The notes: generated by a model from the letters alone, not told the origin. A stretch of 64,000 nucleotides of DNA from Candidatus Latescibacterota bacterium (GCA_965237675.1 OZ250150.1:4416001-4480000), one strand, 5' to 3'; shown: positions 10,658 through 20,912, numbered from the stretch's first letter. Program-made: numbers and translations.

Positions 10658-10867
10658 CCCCTGAAAGAAAGCGTGGGAATGAGCCTGTGTTTCCGCACCA
10701 ATTCAGCAATCCTCCAGCCACGCAAAGTCCGTCCGTTTTTATGATACAGGCGCCCCGCCTGGCCGACTTCAACGAATTCGTCCGTCTCGCTCGAAGCTTT
10801 GGCAAGGGTTCGCGCCCGATGCGGGCCTCAACGCCACACTCGTCCTGGTCGCACAGGTCGTTTAATA

Positions 10868-12418
10868 ATGAGTAATCGCCAGCAAGCCTGCGAGGATTCA
10901 GGGAACGTGAAAACAGACAAACGCGGGGGAATCTGCTTCCGTGTGGACGACAACAAGCCGATTCGACAATGGATCGAATTCGCGGAGGTTTTCAACCGGT
11001 ACGGTTTGAAATTCTGCGCGGCACTGTGTCCGGGAAGAATGGCCGGCGACGAAACATATACGAGGCTGGTCAGGACATTGCAGGACCAGGGGCACGAAAT
11101 TATGGACCACACGCCCCTTCACAGCGTGGACAAGCTCCCGCTCCCTCACGGCGCGGATGCCGATGCCTGGCGCGCGATGCCGGGCGTGGACCACGTGGAT
11201 GAAACGCGCGTCTACCTGACCTATGCTGAGATTGACACGGCATCGCTTCCGGAAGGTCGCGCGGATATTTCGGGCAACCTGATGACAAGCCGGACGCCTC
11301 AAGGTCTGCACGACACCAACCAGACGAGATTCATCGCCGTCTACCTGCCCCATACCGGCAGTGCATTTCGGTTCCGGCAGATTGAGCATTCGGACGATGG
11401 CGTATTGGCGTTGCGTAGTTTTTGGGACGAAGACAACGTGCATCTGGGAGAACATCGGGATATCGTCTACCACAAGCTGGGCAAAGCCGACGTTCGGATG
11501 ACGTTGGCCTCCCGCAGGCTTTTGGCCGAAACGTCGCTGAAACTGTTTGACGACCTTGGTCTTGGACGTCCCTTTACGTGGATACAGCCGGGCTCGGGAG
11601 GGTGTTCCGACTTTTGGCGTGAAGATGTCAAAGCATGTTTTGGAGATCTGTACGGATACGTGGCCGCAGCAACCTACCCGGACCGGTCTTTGAAGTGCTA
11701 CAACGAGGATGATCCCAACGGGGACAAGTGCTTCGGTATGCAGTGGGGAAACTTCAACGACGAGGCGCAGGATCTGGATTGGAACCTGAAACGAATTGCA
11801 GACGGGATCGCCAGGCACCACGTTCTTATCGGCCACAGCCACTTCTGGACGCACGCCATGCCGGACGGTTGGGACGGTTATCTTAAACGGGTGGATCGGA
11901 TCCTGTCCTGGTGCAAGGACAACCGGGTCCCGGTAAGGACCTATTCGGAGTGGGCAGAGGTTCTCTATCAGGTGAGACCGGACCCTGAAGTGAATGTATT
12001 TCCCGAACTGGGTGTCGACCTGGATGCAGACGGTGCTCCCGATGGGTACGATGTGTTGTCGGCGGAGTGGGTCCGGAGCGACGGCGGGCCCGATGGCGTC
12101 GGTGTTTTTCTGGCGGCACAGAATGCCGGGGCGATCTGCAAAGTGGATCGATTGGGTGGCCTGGAAAAGGGCGCAAATACCTTTTCGGTCTGGACATGCG
12201 GGCATCCAGGGGGTTCCATTGAGGCAACGTTCAGGTTCTTCGAAACCGGAACGATGGAAAAACTCACGTTTTCCGTGGAAAGCCCCGATTGGACCATTCA
12301 ACAGGCGACTGTCATGGTGCCGACCGAAGCTTCTCTGGTGAATATCTCAATCGAGTGCACGCGTACCAGCGGCGGCGTTTTAACGATAGGCGGGATGCGT
12401 TTGAGCGCGTGTAAATGA
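10868..12418 (+). CDS. Polysaccharide deacetylase (NodB-like) domain protein with insert and C-terminal beta-sandwich
   Basis: FRVDDN, GHEIMDHTPLH and IGHSH metal-binding motifs. Confidence 0.6.
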   Translation: MSNRQQACEDSGNVKTDKRGGICFRVDDNKPIRQWIEFAEVFNRYGLKFCAALCPGRMAGDETYTRLVRTLQDQGHEIMDHTPLHSVDKLPLPHGADADAWRAMPGVDHVDETRVYLTYAEIDTASLPEGRADISGNLMTSRTPQGLHDTNQTRFIAVYLPHTGSAFRFRQIEHSDDGVLALRSFWDEDNVHLGEHRDIVYHKLGKADVRMTLASRRLLAETSLKLFDDLGLGRPFTWIQPGSGGCSDFWREDVKACFGDLYGYVAAATYPDRSLKCYNEDDPNGDKCFGMQWGNFNDEAQDLDWNLKRIADGIARHHVLIGHSHFWTHAMPDGWDGYLKRVDRILSWCKDNRVPVRTYSEWAEVLYQVRPDPEVNVFPELGVDLDADGAPDGYDVLSAEWVRSDGGPDGVGVFLAAQNAGAICKVDRLGGLEKGANTFSVWTCGHPGGSIEATFRFFETGTMEKLTFSVESPDWTIQQATVMVPTEASLVNISIECTRTSGGVLTIGGMRLSACK

Positions 12419-12497
12419 GGTCCCGATATACGAACTTGAAGCCCGCCGCGTGTGTTGGAGGAGATGAGATGCGGTTTCAGGCGAAAAGGACCGACCG

Positions 12498-13637
12498 ATG
12501 ACCAAGAGTGCCGACGCCTACGATCTGCTGATTTCAGCTGGCCGCGTCTTCTGCGCCGAGACCGGCCTGGACGGACCCGGCGCCGTCGCCGTACGGGGTG
12601 ACCGCATCGTCGCCTCCGGTACGGACGTGAGCGGAACCGCGTCACGGACCCTCGACTACCCCGACGCCATGCTCCTGCCGGGTCTGGTGGACATACACGC
12701 CCATCCGGCCAGGGGCGGTTCACGGTTCGGCGTCGATCCCGACCTGCACTTTCTTCCGCGAGGGGTCACCACGTGTATGTCGCAGGGGGACGCCGGCGCC
12801 CTCAACTGGCCCGCCTATCGCGACGAGGTTATCCACGCGAGCCGCACCCGGGTGCGGCTCGCCCTGCACCTGTCGAAATACGGCGAATCGCCGCCGGATC
12901 ACTGTTTCGAGCGTCTCGAGAACGCCGACGTCGACCTCTGTGTCGATACCCTCGCGGAGGCGGGGGACGAGATCTGGGGCATCGCGTTCAACACATTACT
13001 CGAACCCACCCTCCCCCACGACCCGAGAGAGATCCTGCGCCGCGGAATCGATGCGGCCGAACGGAGCGGCCGCCCCATCCTTTACGGACCGCGCTTCAAC
13101 AGTGACTTTCCCCTCGAGGAACAGTTGCCGCGTCTACGGGCTGGAGACCTCTTCACGTATACGTTCAGCCCCCGTCCGGATAACATCATCGCCGGCGGAA
13201 GGGTCCGGCAGGCTGTCCGGGAGGCTAGAGGCCGGGGGGTTCTGTTCGACGGCTGCCACGGGATGCAGTCCTTCAGCTTCACCCACGCCGAGCAGGCCAT
13301 CGCCGAGGGATTCTACCCCGATACGATTTCCACCGACCAGTACCTGGCTCACGTCGGTGCCGATCCGCCCCACCACCTGCCCAGAACGATGTCAAAATAC
13401 ATCGCCGCCGGCATGCCCGAAGCCGAAGTCCTGGCGCGGGCGACCGCCCGCCCGGCGGCATTGCTGGGGCTGGAGGGCGAAGCCGGCACCCTGGCCCCCG
13501 GCGCGGGTGCCGACCTGGCCGTGTTGCAGTGGAATCCCGATGGACGTCTGTCCGACGTGCTCGGCGTCGAACGCCCGGGGGGATGCTGGGAACCGGCGGC
13601 GACGGTGAAATCGGGCGAAATTGTTCGGCAAGACTGA
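12498..13637 (+). CDS. Amidohydrolase (dihydroorotase-like/deacetylase family)
   Basis: PGLVDIHAH, GVTT, QGDAG, PDTISTD, GTLAPGAGADLAVL. Confidence 0.85.
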   Translation: MTKSADAYDLLISAGRVFCAETGLDGPGAVAVRGDRIVASGTDVSGTASRTLDYPDAMLLPGLVDIHAHPARGGSRFGVDPDLHFLPRGVTTCMSQGDAGALNWPAYRDEVIHASRTRVRLALHLSKYGESPPDHCFERLENADVDLCVDTLAEAGDEIWGIAFNTLLEPTLPHDPREILRRGIDAAERSGRPILYGPRFNSDFPLEEQLPRLRAGDLFTYTFSPRPDNIIAGGRVRQAVREARGRGVLFDGCHGMQSFSFTHAEQAIAEGFYPDTISTDQYLAHVGADPPHHLPRTMSKYIAAGMPEAEVLARATARPAALLGLEGEAGTLAPGAGADLAVLQWNPDGRLSDVLGVERPGGCWEPAATVKSGEIVRQD

Positions 13638-13862
13638 CCTGCCCCATTCGAAGCCAACCCTCGCCCCTGCTCACCCACCTTGGTTTTTCGGTCATCTCCG
13701 AGGATGTTGACGTCATCTTTTCCTCAGCGTCGAGACGCCGATTCTGCGCAAGAATCATCTTCAGCCGCTTTCCGCCGATTGATACCGGTCGGCTGTGTCC
13801 ACATTAAACACCGTCAAGACCCCATCTCTCGAGGGAGTCCCCCATTGAGTCAGGAAGTAATC

Positions 13863-14795
13863 ATGATCGGCGGGTTCGTGCTTGCTTCGTATTCGATCGT
13901 CGGCAACGATGCTATTCAGACTCTGGGGACTTTTCTCAGTTCCAACGCCAGGCGCCCGTGGTGGGTACTCTGGATCTTCGCCTACAGCATCCTGGTGGCA
14001 GTACTGGCTTACGGATGGTGGATTCACCACGACGTCTCCTATGGCAGGCTGGAGAAGATTCCCGTTCCCAATCACTGGACATGGATCTACTGCGTTCCGC
14101 CGTTCGTCCTGCTTCTATTGACCCGCTCCGGCATCCCCGTCAGTACCACTTTCCTCACCCTGACGATTTTTGCGCCGAAGGCCTTGCCGAGCATGCTGAT
14201 CAAGTCGTTGAGCGGGTATGCCACCGCTTTCATCGCGGCCATTCTGATCTACCGATGGGTCACCGGGCGAATCGAATCCCGATTTCATCGGACAGAGGGG
14301 CCAACCAGCGGCTGGTGGGTGGTGGCGCAATGGTGTTCAACCGGTTTTCTCTGGAGCCAGTGGCTGATTCAGGATCTGGCCAACATCTTCGTCTTCCTCC
14401 CTCGGGACCTGTCACCGGAATTTTTCGTCATGGCGATGGTCGTCATGCTGGTCCTGCACGCCGCGATCTTCTACGCCCACGGCGGCGCCATCCAGAAGGT
14501 GGTGCTGTCGAAGTCGAACACGACGGACATCCGTTCGGCGACGTTCGTTGATCTGATCTACGGTATTGTACTGCTCCTGTTCAAGGAAGTTTCCAAGCTC
14601 CCGATGAGTACAACGTGGGTCTTCGTCGGCCTCCTGGCAGGACGGGAGATCGCGGTCGCCTGGAATCAGCGGCACCGCAGCCGCCAGGAAGTGAGGCGTC
14701 TGGTTTTGATGGATTTCGCGAAAATTACCGGCGGGCTCGTTGTCAGCATCGCCCTCGCCTATCTCCTGCCCATGATACAGGCGAAGATCGGCTGA
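13863..14795 (+). CDS. Multi-pass membrane protein, remote PiT/PHO4-like
   Basis: Eight or more hydrophobic segments; internally repeated GND..Q / QDLAN and PVSTT / PMSTT motifs. Confidence 0.55.
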   Translation: MIGGFVLASYSIVGNDAIQTLGTFLSSNARRPWWVLWIFAYSILVAVLAYGWWIHHDVSYGRLEKIPVPNHWTWIYCVPPFVLLLLTRSGIPVSTTFLTLTIFAPKALPSMLIKSLSGYATAFIAAILIYRWVTGRIESRFHRTEGPTSGWWVVAQWCSTGFLWSQWLIQDLANIFVFLPRDLSPEFFVMAMVVMLVLHAAIFYAHGGAIQKVVLSKSNTTDIRSATFVDLIYGIVLLLFKEVSKLPMSTTWVFVGLLAGREIAVAWNQRHRSRQEVRRLVLMDFAKITGGLVVSIALAYLLPMIQAKIG

Positions 14796-14838
14796 CGTGT
14801 CGAGAACCCAGGATAGGACATAAATGGAGAGAACCTGC

Positions 14839-16128
14839 ATGACGTATGGCAATCCGCGGACCGACGGGCAAATTGAATCCTGCTTTCAGCAGGCTGCTGA
14901 AGAGTACGCCGCTTTCGGCGTGAACGCGCATGAAGCCGTGGAGAAGGCGGCTGACGTGCCCATCTCGCTTCACTGCTGGCAGGCCGACGATGTGGCGGGA
15001 TTTGAGGTCATGGACGAAGCCGTGGAAGGCGGCGGCATCATGGCCACCGGAAACTATCCGGGCCGCGCACGAAACGGCGAAGAACTGCGCGGAGACCTGG
15101 AAATGGCCATCAGTCTCTTGCCCGGGCGGCACCGTGTGAACGTACACGCTTCCTACGGCGACACGGGCGGTGAAGTCGTGGACCGGGATCGCCTGGAACC
15201 CGAACATTTCGAGGGATGGATTGCCTGGGCGAAGGAGAAACAGGTCGGACTGGACTTCAACCCCACCTATTTCGCCCATCCAAAGGCGAATGACGGGTAC
15301 ACCCTCGCCCATCCGGATAAAGATATCCGGGAATTCTGGATCCGGCACGGCGTGGTCAGCCGCCGGATCGCTGAAGCCATCGGCATCGCGCTGGGCGACC
15401 CGTGCGTGAACAACCACTGGATACCCGACGGGGCCAAAGACCATCCAGCGGATCGCCTCGGGCCCCGCGAACGCCTGGTGGCGTCCCTGGACGCCGTTCT
15501 GGACCCCGCACTGGAAATCGGACCGGCATGCGTGGACGCCGTTGAAGGCAAACTCTTCGGCCTGGGCGTAGAGGATTACACGGTAGGTTCCAACGACTTC
15601 TACGCGAACTACGCCCTGTCCCGCGGCGTGGTCCTTTGCCTGGACATGGGCCACTTTCACCCGACGGAATCCATTGCGGACAAGATCTCCGCGCACCTGC
15701 CCTTCCACGATAAGCTGCTCATCCACACCAGTCGGCCTATCCGTTGGGATTCGGACCACGTCGTGCTGTTCGGCGACGACGTGCGCAACGTTTTCCTCGA
15801 AATCGTCCGGTGCGACGCCCTCGACCGTGTCTACGTGGCCCTCGACTTCTTCGATGCCAGCATCAACCGCATCGGCGCCTACGTGATCGGCACCCGGGCC
15901 ACCCGGAAAGCCATCCTCTACGCGCTGCTGGATCCCACGCAACGGCTGCAGGAACTGGAACGGGAAGGCAAACTGGCTCAGAAGCTGGCGTTGATGGAAG
16001 ATATGAAAACGATGCCCTTCTCGGCCGTCTGGAACATGACCTGCCTCAAGACCGGCGTCCCGCCCGGCGCGGCCTGGATTCCCGAAATGGAAGCCTACGA
16101 GAAACAGGTCCTATCAACGCGGGGATAA
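14839..16128 (+). CDS. rhaA: L-rhamnose isomerase
   Basis: ISLHCWQADDVAGFE, ATGNYPGRARN, DFNPTYF, WIPDG, KLFGLGVE.YTVGS, RWDSDHV, LDFFDASINRI. Confidence 0.95.
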   Translation: MTYGNPRTDGQIESCFQQAAEEYAAFGVNAHEAVEKAADVPISLHCWQADDVAGFEVMDEAVEGGGIMATGNYPGRARNGEELRGDLEMAISLLPGRHRVNVHASYGDTGGEVVDRDRLEPEHFEGWIAWAKEKQVGLDFNPTYFAHPKANDGYTLAHPDKDIREFWIRHGVVSRRIAEAIGIALGDPCVNNHWIPDGAKDHPADRLGPRERLVASLDAVLDPALEIGPACVDAVEGKLFGLGVEDYTVGSNDFYANYALSRGVVLCLDMGHFHPTESIADKISAHLPFHDKLLIHTSRPIRWDSDHVVLFGDDVRNVFLEIVRCDALDRVYVALDFFDASINRIGAYVIGTRATRKAILYALLDPTQRLQELEREGKLAQKLALMEDMKTMPFSAVWNMTCLKTGVPPGAAWIPEMEAYEKQVLSTRG

Positions 16129-16175
16129 AAAAAACCGCGGAACGGGCGGCAAAAAAACCCACCCTGTTCCGCGGT
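16127..16175 (-). terminator. Intrinsic terminator at the left end of the R-M island
   Basis: Stem accgcggaac/gttccgcggt with an 8-A run on the left, giving a U-tract on the minus strand; may also serve rhaA. Confidence 0.6.
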
Positions 16176-16469
16176 CCTCATGGGTTGCGTTTGCCTGCTA
16201 CACGCCCCAATCAGGTTATTTTCAAGCAAAGAGGGCGGAGTACTATTCTTTCAATCGGTGGATGTTACATGGCGATAGGTGACGGGTCCTTAGATAACGG
16301 CAGTGCGGTGTGTTCACTCACAGTTGGATAACATCCAAACTTGTGAAAAAACATCGTGTGCGACCAGAGACCAAACGCCAATCACACTGATGCGCGCGAA
16401 CATCTGATCCGACTCAAGTGTCAAGATAAAGGAGGATAGTACGACAATCCCCACTCCATTAAATTTCAC

Positions 16470-17111
16470 CTATCCCAATCTCTTTTTGTCACACCTTAAC
16501 CCTATTTGTAAATAGGCTATAAGTGCTTCTACATCATCATTTACAGGAATATCCTCGAAAAGCATTTTATGATTTGCTTTAACTCTATATAAATGATTCA
16601 AAATTCGAGCAATTCGTTTTAACACACAGTCAATATTTTCATCATTTATCTTTATCGAACCCTTAAGAGTATGGCTGGCCAACACAAAATCGAGGTCGAA
16701 ATGAGCAAGGTATTTATTTCGCAACGTACGAATCGGCTCCCTTTGGTTCTCGATAATTTGTAAATCATCTACTATTAATTGACGTAATTTGGGATCCTCG
16801 ATTAATTCTGGCAATCTCCATAATGTAAGGTTTCTGTTATTTTTTCGGCCAATATTGTCTGTCAATTTAATTATATGTAATAAAATATCATCCACTAAGA
16901 CTCGCCGCACCATAGTAAAGAATTCAGGTGCGGTTTCTTGTATAATTCTGGTTCGTGCTTTAGAATGTTTAAATAGTCTTTGTAATTGATCCCATTTAAT
17001 ATGAAGCCAAACAACCTCAGCATAAAGTTCATGAAATACTAAGCCAAGATCATCGCCGAAAATCCCTAAATGCCACTGCTTAATTTCCTCTGCTGTTTGC
17101 TTACGAGCCAT
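16470..17111 (-). CDS. HEPN-domain protein, AbiU2-like
   Basis: All-helical; R-x5-H motif RNKYLAH; APEFF...ILLHIIKLTD..NLTL pattern; strongly AT-rich relative to the window. Confidence 0.7.
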   Translation of the reverse strand: MARKQTAEEIKQWHLGIFGDDLGLVFHELYAEVVWLHIKWDQLQRLFKHSKARTRIIQETAPEFFTMVRRVLVDDILLHIIKLTDNIGRKNNRNLTLWRLPELIEDPKLRQLIVDDLQIIENQREPIRTLRNKYLAHFDLDFVLASHTLKGSIKINDENIDCVLKRIARILNHLYRVKANHKMLFEDIPVNDDVEALIAYLQIGLRCDKKRLG

Positions 17112-17169
17112 TTTTATATCTTTGCCGAAAAAATGCGATTCATTTTAAACGCTGACGATGCCCATCATT

Positions 17170-17265
17170 GACCCTGGACCCCGAGCCGCTCTCTGAGCAC
17201 TCGCCCTGTGTCTGTCGAAGGGTCGGCGAGGGGAATAAGCTACCGTAAATGCGGGCGCTTCGACA
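17170..17265. repeat. Degenerate copy of the CCCTGAGC..GTCGAAGGG hairpin repeat
   Basis: ccccgagccgctctctgag...tgtcgaagggtcggcgag...gcgcttcgacaa aligns to the interior of the elements at 44638-44915 and 49441-49670. Confidence 0.6.
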
Positions 17266-17445
17266 AATTGGTTCGTCATCCTCAACGCAGGCAGCGTCCA
17301 CGGTTGGACTGGTGCTTTCCACTATAGCACAGGAAATGACAGTCAACCATTTACTGCTCCTGGCAATACTTCGATATCCCTCCAGTAATCGTACCTCTGA
17401 CTCACTCCCACGTTTCAAGCGAAACTCGAAGGCTGATCGCGCTCG

Positions 17446-20400
17446 TTACGTACCTGCCGGTTCGTAAGCGAGGCTGAACACGGTATCGGTCATCCAGCGC
17501 TTGAAGCCCGGGTTGTCCATGTACAGTTTGAACAGTTCGGTGTCGTCACGCATCACTCCTGTCATCACGCGCACCAGCGCCTTGTCGTGCTCGATCCGGG
17601 CATTCTGGCGGTCGGAGTTCTCCCGTGCGTTCCGGAATGCGGTGTCGGCGGCGACGCGGGCCGGAATGGTCTCTGTGATGAGTTGCCGCACGCGGTCTTC
17701 ATCTTCCCATTGAATGTCGCCAAAATGCTCGTTGAAGACCCGAAGTATGTTGGAGAGTCGATCCAATTCCGGCTCCGGGTGATGCCCTGCGCCGGCAGCC
17801 GGTACCGGATCGATCTCGGCATTCTCGTCCGGCAACAGGATCCGTTGCATTGCCTGCTTCTCAACCCGGTAGCTGTCGAGATCAATCGCATCAAGGATAC
17901 CTTTGGAGAGGTCCTCTTCCTCGGGAGCCGGCAACTTCGGGACCAGGAAGTTTAGGAAAATGGAACGCTTTTCCCATGCGACAACGTTGTATGGAAGGAT
18001 GGATGAAAGAAAGGCGTAGGTTCGCACGAAAGTTTTGGCCTTACCTTTGAACGCGACCTGGCCGTCTTCGTCCAGGTCGCGTCGATAGACCGCTACGCAA
18101 GCGTCCAGGATTGGATCGAGAAGGTCGCGATCCGCCCCATCCAGGTAGCGCCTGACAAACTCGTCGATCTGCCCCTCGGAATAGACCTGCGCGCCGTCCA
18201 GTTCCGCCTGCAGGTCGTGCAGCTTGTTGGGGTCGGTCTCGTCGGCCAGGATCGTAGCCCGGTAGAAGTCTGCAAATGCTTCGCGGATGGTGTCGGTGTC
18301 GTTGAGAAAGTCGAGCACGAACACGTCGTGCTTCTTGGGGTGCGCCCGGTTGAGGCGAGACAGGGTCTGCACGGCCTTTATTCCGGACAGCGTTTTGTCC
18401 ACGTACATCGTGTGCAGCAGGGGCTCATCGTAGCCGGTCTGAAACTTGTCCGCGCACACCAGGAACCGGTAAGGATCCTCATGAAATCGCTTAGCGATCT
18501 GGGTGGAGGGAAGGCCGTTCAACGACGCCTCGCTCACCCTGGCGCCGCCGTACTCGTGCTCGCCGGAGAAAGCGACAAGGGCCTGGTATTGGCTCTTGCG
18601 CTCCCTGAGGTAGTCTCCAATGGCATGGTAGTACTGGATCGCGCGCTCGATACCATTTGTGACAACCATCGCCCGCGCCGAGCCTCCGATCTTTCCCTGC
18701 TTCAGCACCTGGTCATGAAAGTGGTCGACCATGATTTCGGCCTTGAGATGAATCGCGTGGTCGCTGCCCTCCACGAAACGGCGCAGCTTCTTCTGCGCCC
18801 TGCGAGCGTCAAACTCGGGGTCGTCTTCCACCGTTTTGGCTATCTTGTAGTAGCTGGCCACCGGCGTGTAGCGGGCCAGAACGTCGAGGATGAAGCCTTC
18901 CTGGATCGCCTGCTTCATGGTGTAGCTATGGAAGGCGCGATGCCTCACCGTACCGCCCGGCTGTGAGTCCGGGGCGCCGAAGATCTCGAGCGTCTTGTTC
19001 TTGGGTGTGGCGGTAAACGCGAAGTAGCTGGCGTTGGGTAGGAGCTTGCGCGACACCATCAAACGGTTAATCCTGTCTTCAAAGGTATCCTGATCGTCTT
19101 CTTCCCCCGCTTCCGAGAGCGCCTGTGCCATGGCTGCGCTGGTGCGGCCCCCCTGGCTTGAGTGGGCTTCGTCGATGATGATGGCGAAGCGCCTCCCACG
19201 CTGCTCGTTGCCGATCTCGTCCAGGATGAAAGGGAACTTCTGGACCGTGGAAATGATAATCTTCTTGCCGCTTTCGATGAACCGGCGCAGATCGCCCGAG
19301 CCGTCGGCGTGCCCTACGGTCGCCGCCACCTGGGCGTATTGTTTGATTGTGTCGCGGATCTGACGGTCCAGGATGAGCCTGTCCGTTACGACGATGATCG
19401 AGTCGAAAACGGGAGCATCGTCCTTCTCCAGCCGGATCAGTTGGTGGGCGAGCCAGGCGATGGAGTTGCTCTTGCCGCTGCCGGCGGAATGCTGGATCAG
19501 ATAGCGCTGACCCGCACCGCGGGCGCCCGCGTCGGCCAGCAGGCGGCGCACCACGTCGAGCTGATGGAAGCGCGGCCAGATTTGGGTACTCCGCTTCCTG
19601 CCGCTCTTTTCGTCCTTCGACTCCACCACCTGGGCGTAATTCTCCAGGATGTTGGTGAGACTCTCCCGCGTGAGTACTTCACGCCAGAGATAGGAGACCG
19701 CAAGACCGTGCGGGTTGGGCGGGTTGCCCGCGCCGTCGTTCCAGCCGCGGTTAAAGGGAAGAAACCAGGACGCCTTACCCTTTACGTGTGTACAAAAACG
19801 CACCTCGCGCTCATCCAATGCGAAGTGCACGATGCATCGCCCGAATTCAAACAACTTTTCACGCGGGTTCCGGTCCTTTCGGTACTGCCAGACCGCATCG
19901 TCCACCGTCTGTTTGGTGAGGCTGTTCTTCAGCTCAAAGGTGAAGACCGGCAGCCCGTTAATGAACAGCCCGATGTCCAGTGCCCGCTGCGCCTCGTCTC
20001 GGCTGTAGCGAAGCTGCCGCGTGACGGTAAAACGGTTCCGCTCGAAAAGTTCCTGTGCCTGCGGGTTGCCGGCCGAAGGAGTTCCGTAGAACAGATCCAG
20101 GTTCAGCGCCCGGTGCTTGATCCCGTTGCGCAGCACGTCGATGGTACCGCGCTTGCTGATTTCGCCCTGGAGCCGGGTCAGAAACGCACGTCGCGCGGGA
20201 CCACCCTGACCCTGTAGGGGCGACCGGCCGGTCGCCCCTACATAGGTGGATGCCATACCAACGGCCTCGGCGACGTCCGGCTGGGTGTCGCGCAGGAATA
20301 CCGCCAGTTGCACCAGATCGACGCAGTACTCGCGGTCGTAGTCGTGTGGATTGCCGCAACTCCAGCCGACACCGCCATAACCCACAGGCGGTTCTCCCAC

Positions 20401-20490
20401 AGTGCCTGCAGCGGGGGGCTCGCAGCCCTGGCCTGTCAAGGCGGTACAAATCAGGCGTTCAAGTCCGCGTTCGGAGGTATCGGTATTCAC
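17446..20490 (-). CDS. hsdR: Type I restriction endonuclease subunit R
   Basis: LDIGLFINGLPVFTFELKN nuclease motif, QHSAGSGKS Walker A, DEAH, FTATP, KFQTGYD, QTLSRLNR. Confidence 0.95.
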   Translation of the reverse strand: MNTDTSERGLERLICTALTGQGCEPPAAGTVGEPPVGYGGVGWSCGNPHDYDREYCVDLVQLAVFLRDTQPDVAEAVGMASTYVGATGRSPLQGQGGPARRAFLTRLQGEISKRGTIDVLRNGIKHRALNLDLFYGTPSAGNPQAQELFERNRFTVTRQLRYSRDEAQRALDIGLFINGLPVFTFELKNSLTKQTVDDAVWQYRKDRNPREKLFEFGRCIVHFALDEREVRFCTHVKGKASWFLPFNRGWNDGAGNPPNPHGLAVSYLWREVLTRESLTNILENYAQVVESKDEKSGRKRSTQIWPRFHQLDVVRRLLADAGARGAGQRYLIQHSAGSGKSNSIAWLAHQLIRLEKDDAPVFDSIIVVTDRLILDRQIRDTIKQYAQVAATVGHADGSGDLRRFIESGKKIIISTVQKFPFILDEIGNEQRGRRFAIIIDEAHSSQGGRTSAAMAQALSEAGEEDDQDTFEDRINRLMVSRKLLPNASYFAFTATPKNKTLEIFGAPDSQPGGTVRHRAFHSYTMKQAIQEGFILDVLARYTPVASYYKIAKTVEDDPEFDARRAQKKLRRFVEGSDHAIHLKAEIMVDHFHDQVLKQGKIGGSARAMVVTNGIERAIQYYHAIGDYLRERKSQYQALVAFSGEHEYGGARVSEASLNGLPSTQIAKRFHEDPYRFLVCADKFQTGYDEPLLHTMYVDKTLSGIKAVQTLSRLNRAHPKKHDVFVLDFLNDTDTIREAFADFYRATILADETDPNKLHDLQAELDGAQVYSEGQIDEFVRRYLDGADRDLLDPILDACVAVYRRDLDEDGQVAFKGKAKTFVRTYAFLSSILPYNVVAWEKRSIFLNFLVPKLPAPEEEDLSKGILDAIDLDSYRVEKQAMQRILLPDENAEIDPVPAAGAGHHPEPELDRLSNILRVFNEHFGDIQWEDEDRVRQLITETIPARVAADTAFRNARENSDRQNARIEHDKALVRVMTGVMRDDTELFKLYMDNPGFKRWMTDTVFSLAYEPAGT
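20213..20242. repeat. GTAG-type REP, perfect 30-bp palindrome inside hsdR
   Basis: tgtaggggcgaccgg|ccggtcgcccctaca; core identical to the REPs in the RAYT gene. Confidence 0.9.
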
Positions 20491-20498
20491 TGCAAAGC

Positions 20499-20912
20499 CT
20501 ATTGGTCCGTGAACGGGTTTATGACCCGGAGGCCATCGTAGTCCTGTTCCGTACTCATATCCTCGGAATACACGGCATCGCAGCCCAGGGCGCGCGCCGC
20601 GGCGAGAATTGCACCGTCCCAGTAGGACAGCCGGAAACGTTGGCTGATGGCGATGGCCTCAAGAAAAACGTCCATCGTCATGGTCTGAATCCGGAACAGC
20701 AGAATCGGCTCCAGGAATTGCAAAGCTCTATTGCCAGAAAGACTGCGGATCCGTGTCGGCCGGGTGGCTTGGTGATAGAACTCCTGCAGCACTTGGCCGG
20801 ACGCGGCGAGGTCGGGTTCTGTCAGGACTTCCAGCGCCCGCGCCCGCTTATCGGCCTCCTCCGGGACCTCGCTGACAGCGTACAGCAGGACATTGGTATC
20901 TACGAATCGCAT
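20499..20912 (-). CDS. vapC: PIN-domain toxin (VapC family)
   Basis: FVDTNVLLY, SGQVLQEF, LSYWD, YSED acidic PIN residues. Confidence 0.9.
   Translation of the reverse strand: MRFVDTNVLLYAVSEVPEEADKRARALEVLTEPDLAASGQVLQEFYHQATRPTRIRSLSGNRALQFLEPILLFRIQTMTMDVFLEAIAISQRFRLSYWDGAILAAARALGCDAVYSEDMSTEQDYDGLRVINPFTDQ

Noticed and set aside
16176-16469. Possible ncRNA or attachment site between rhaA and the HEPN gene
   Set aside because: No tRNA-like structure, and no direct repeat matching the other island end could be seen; an Rfam scan would be needed.
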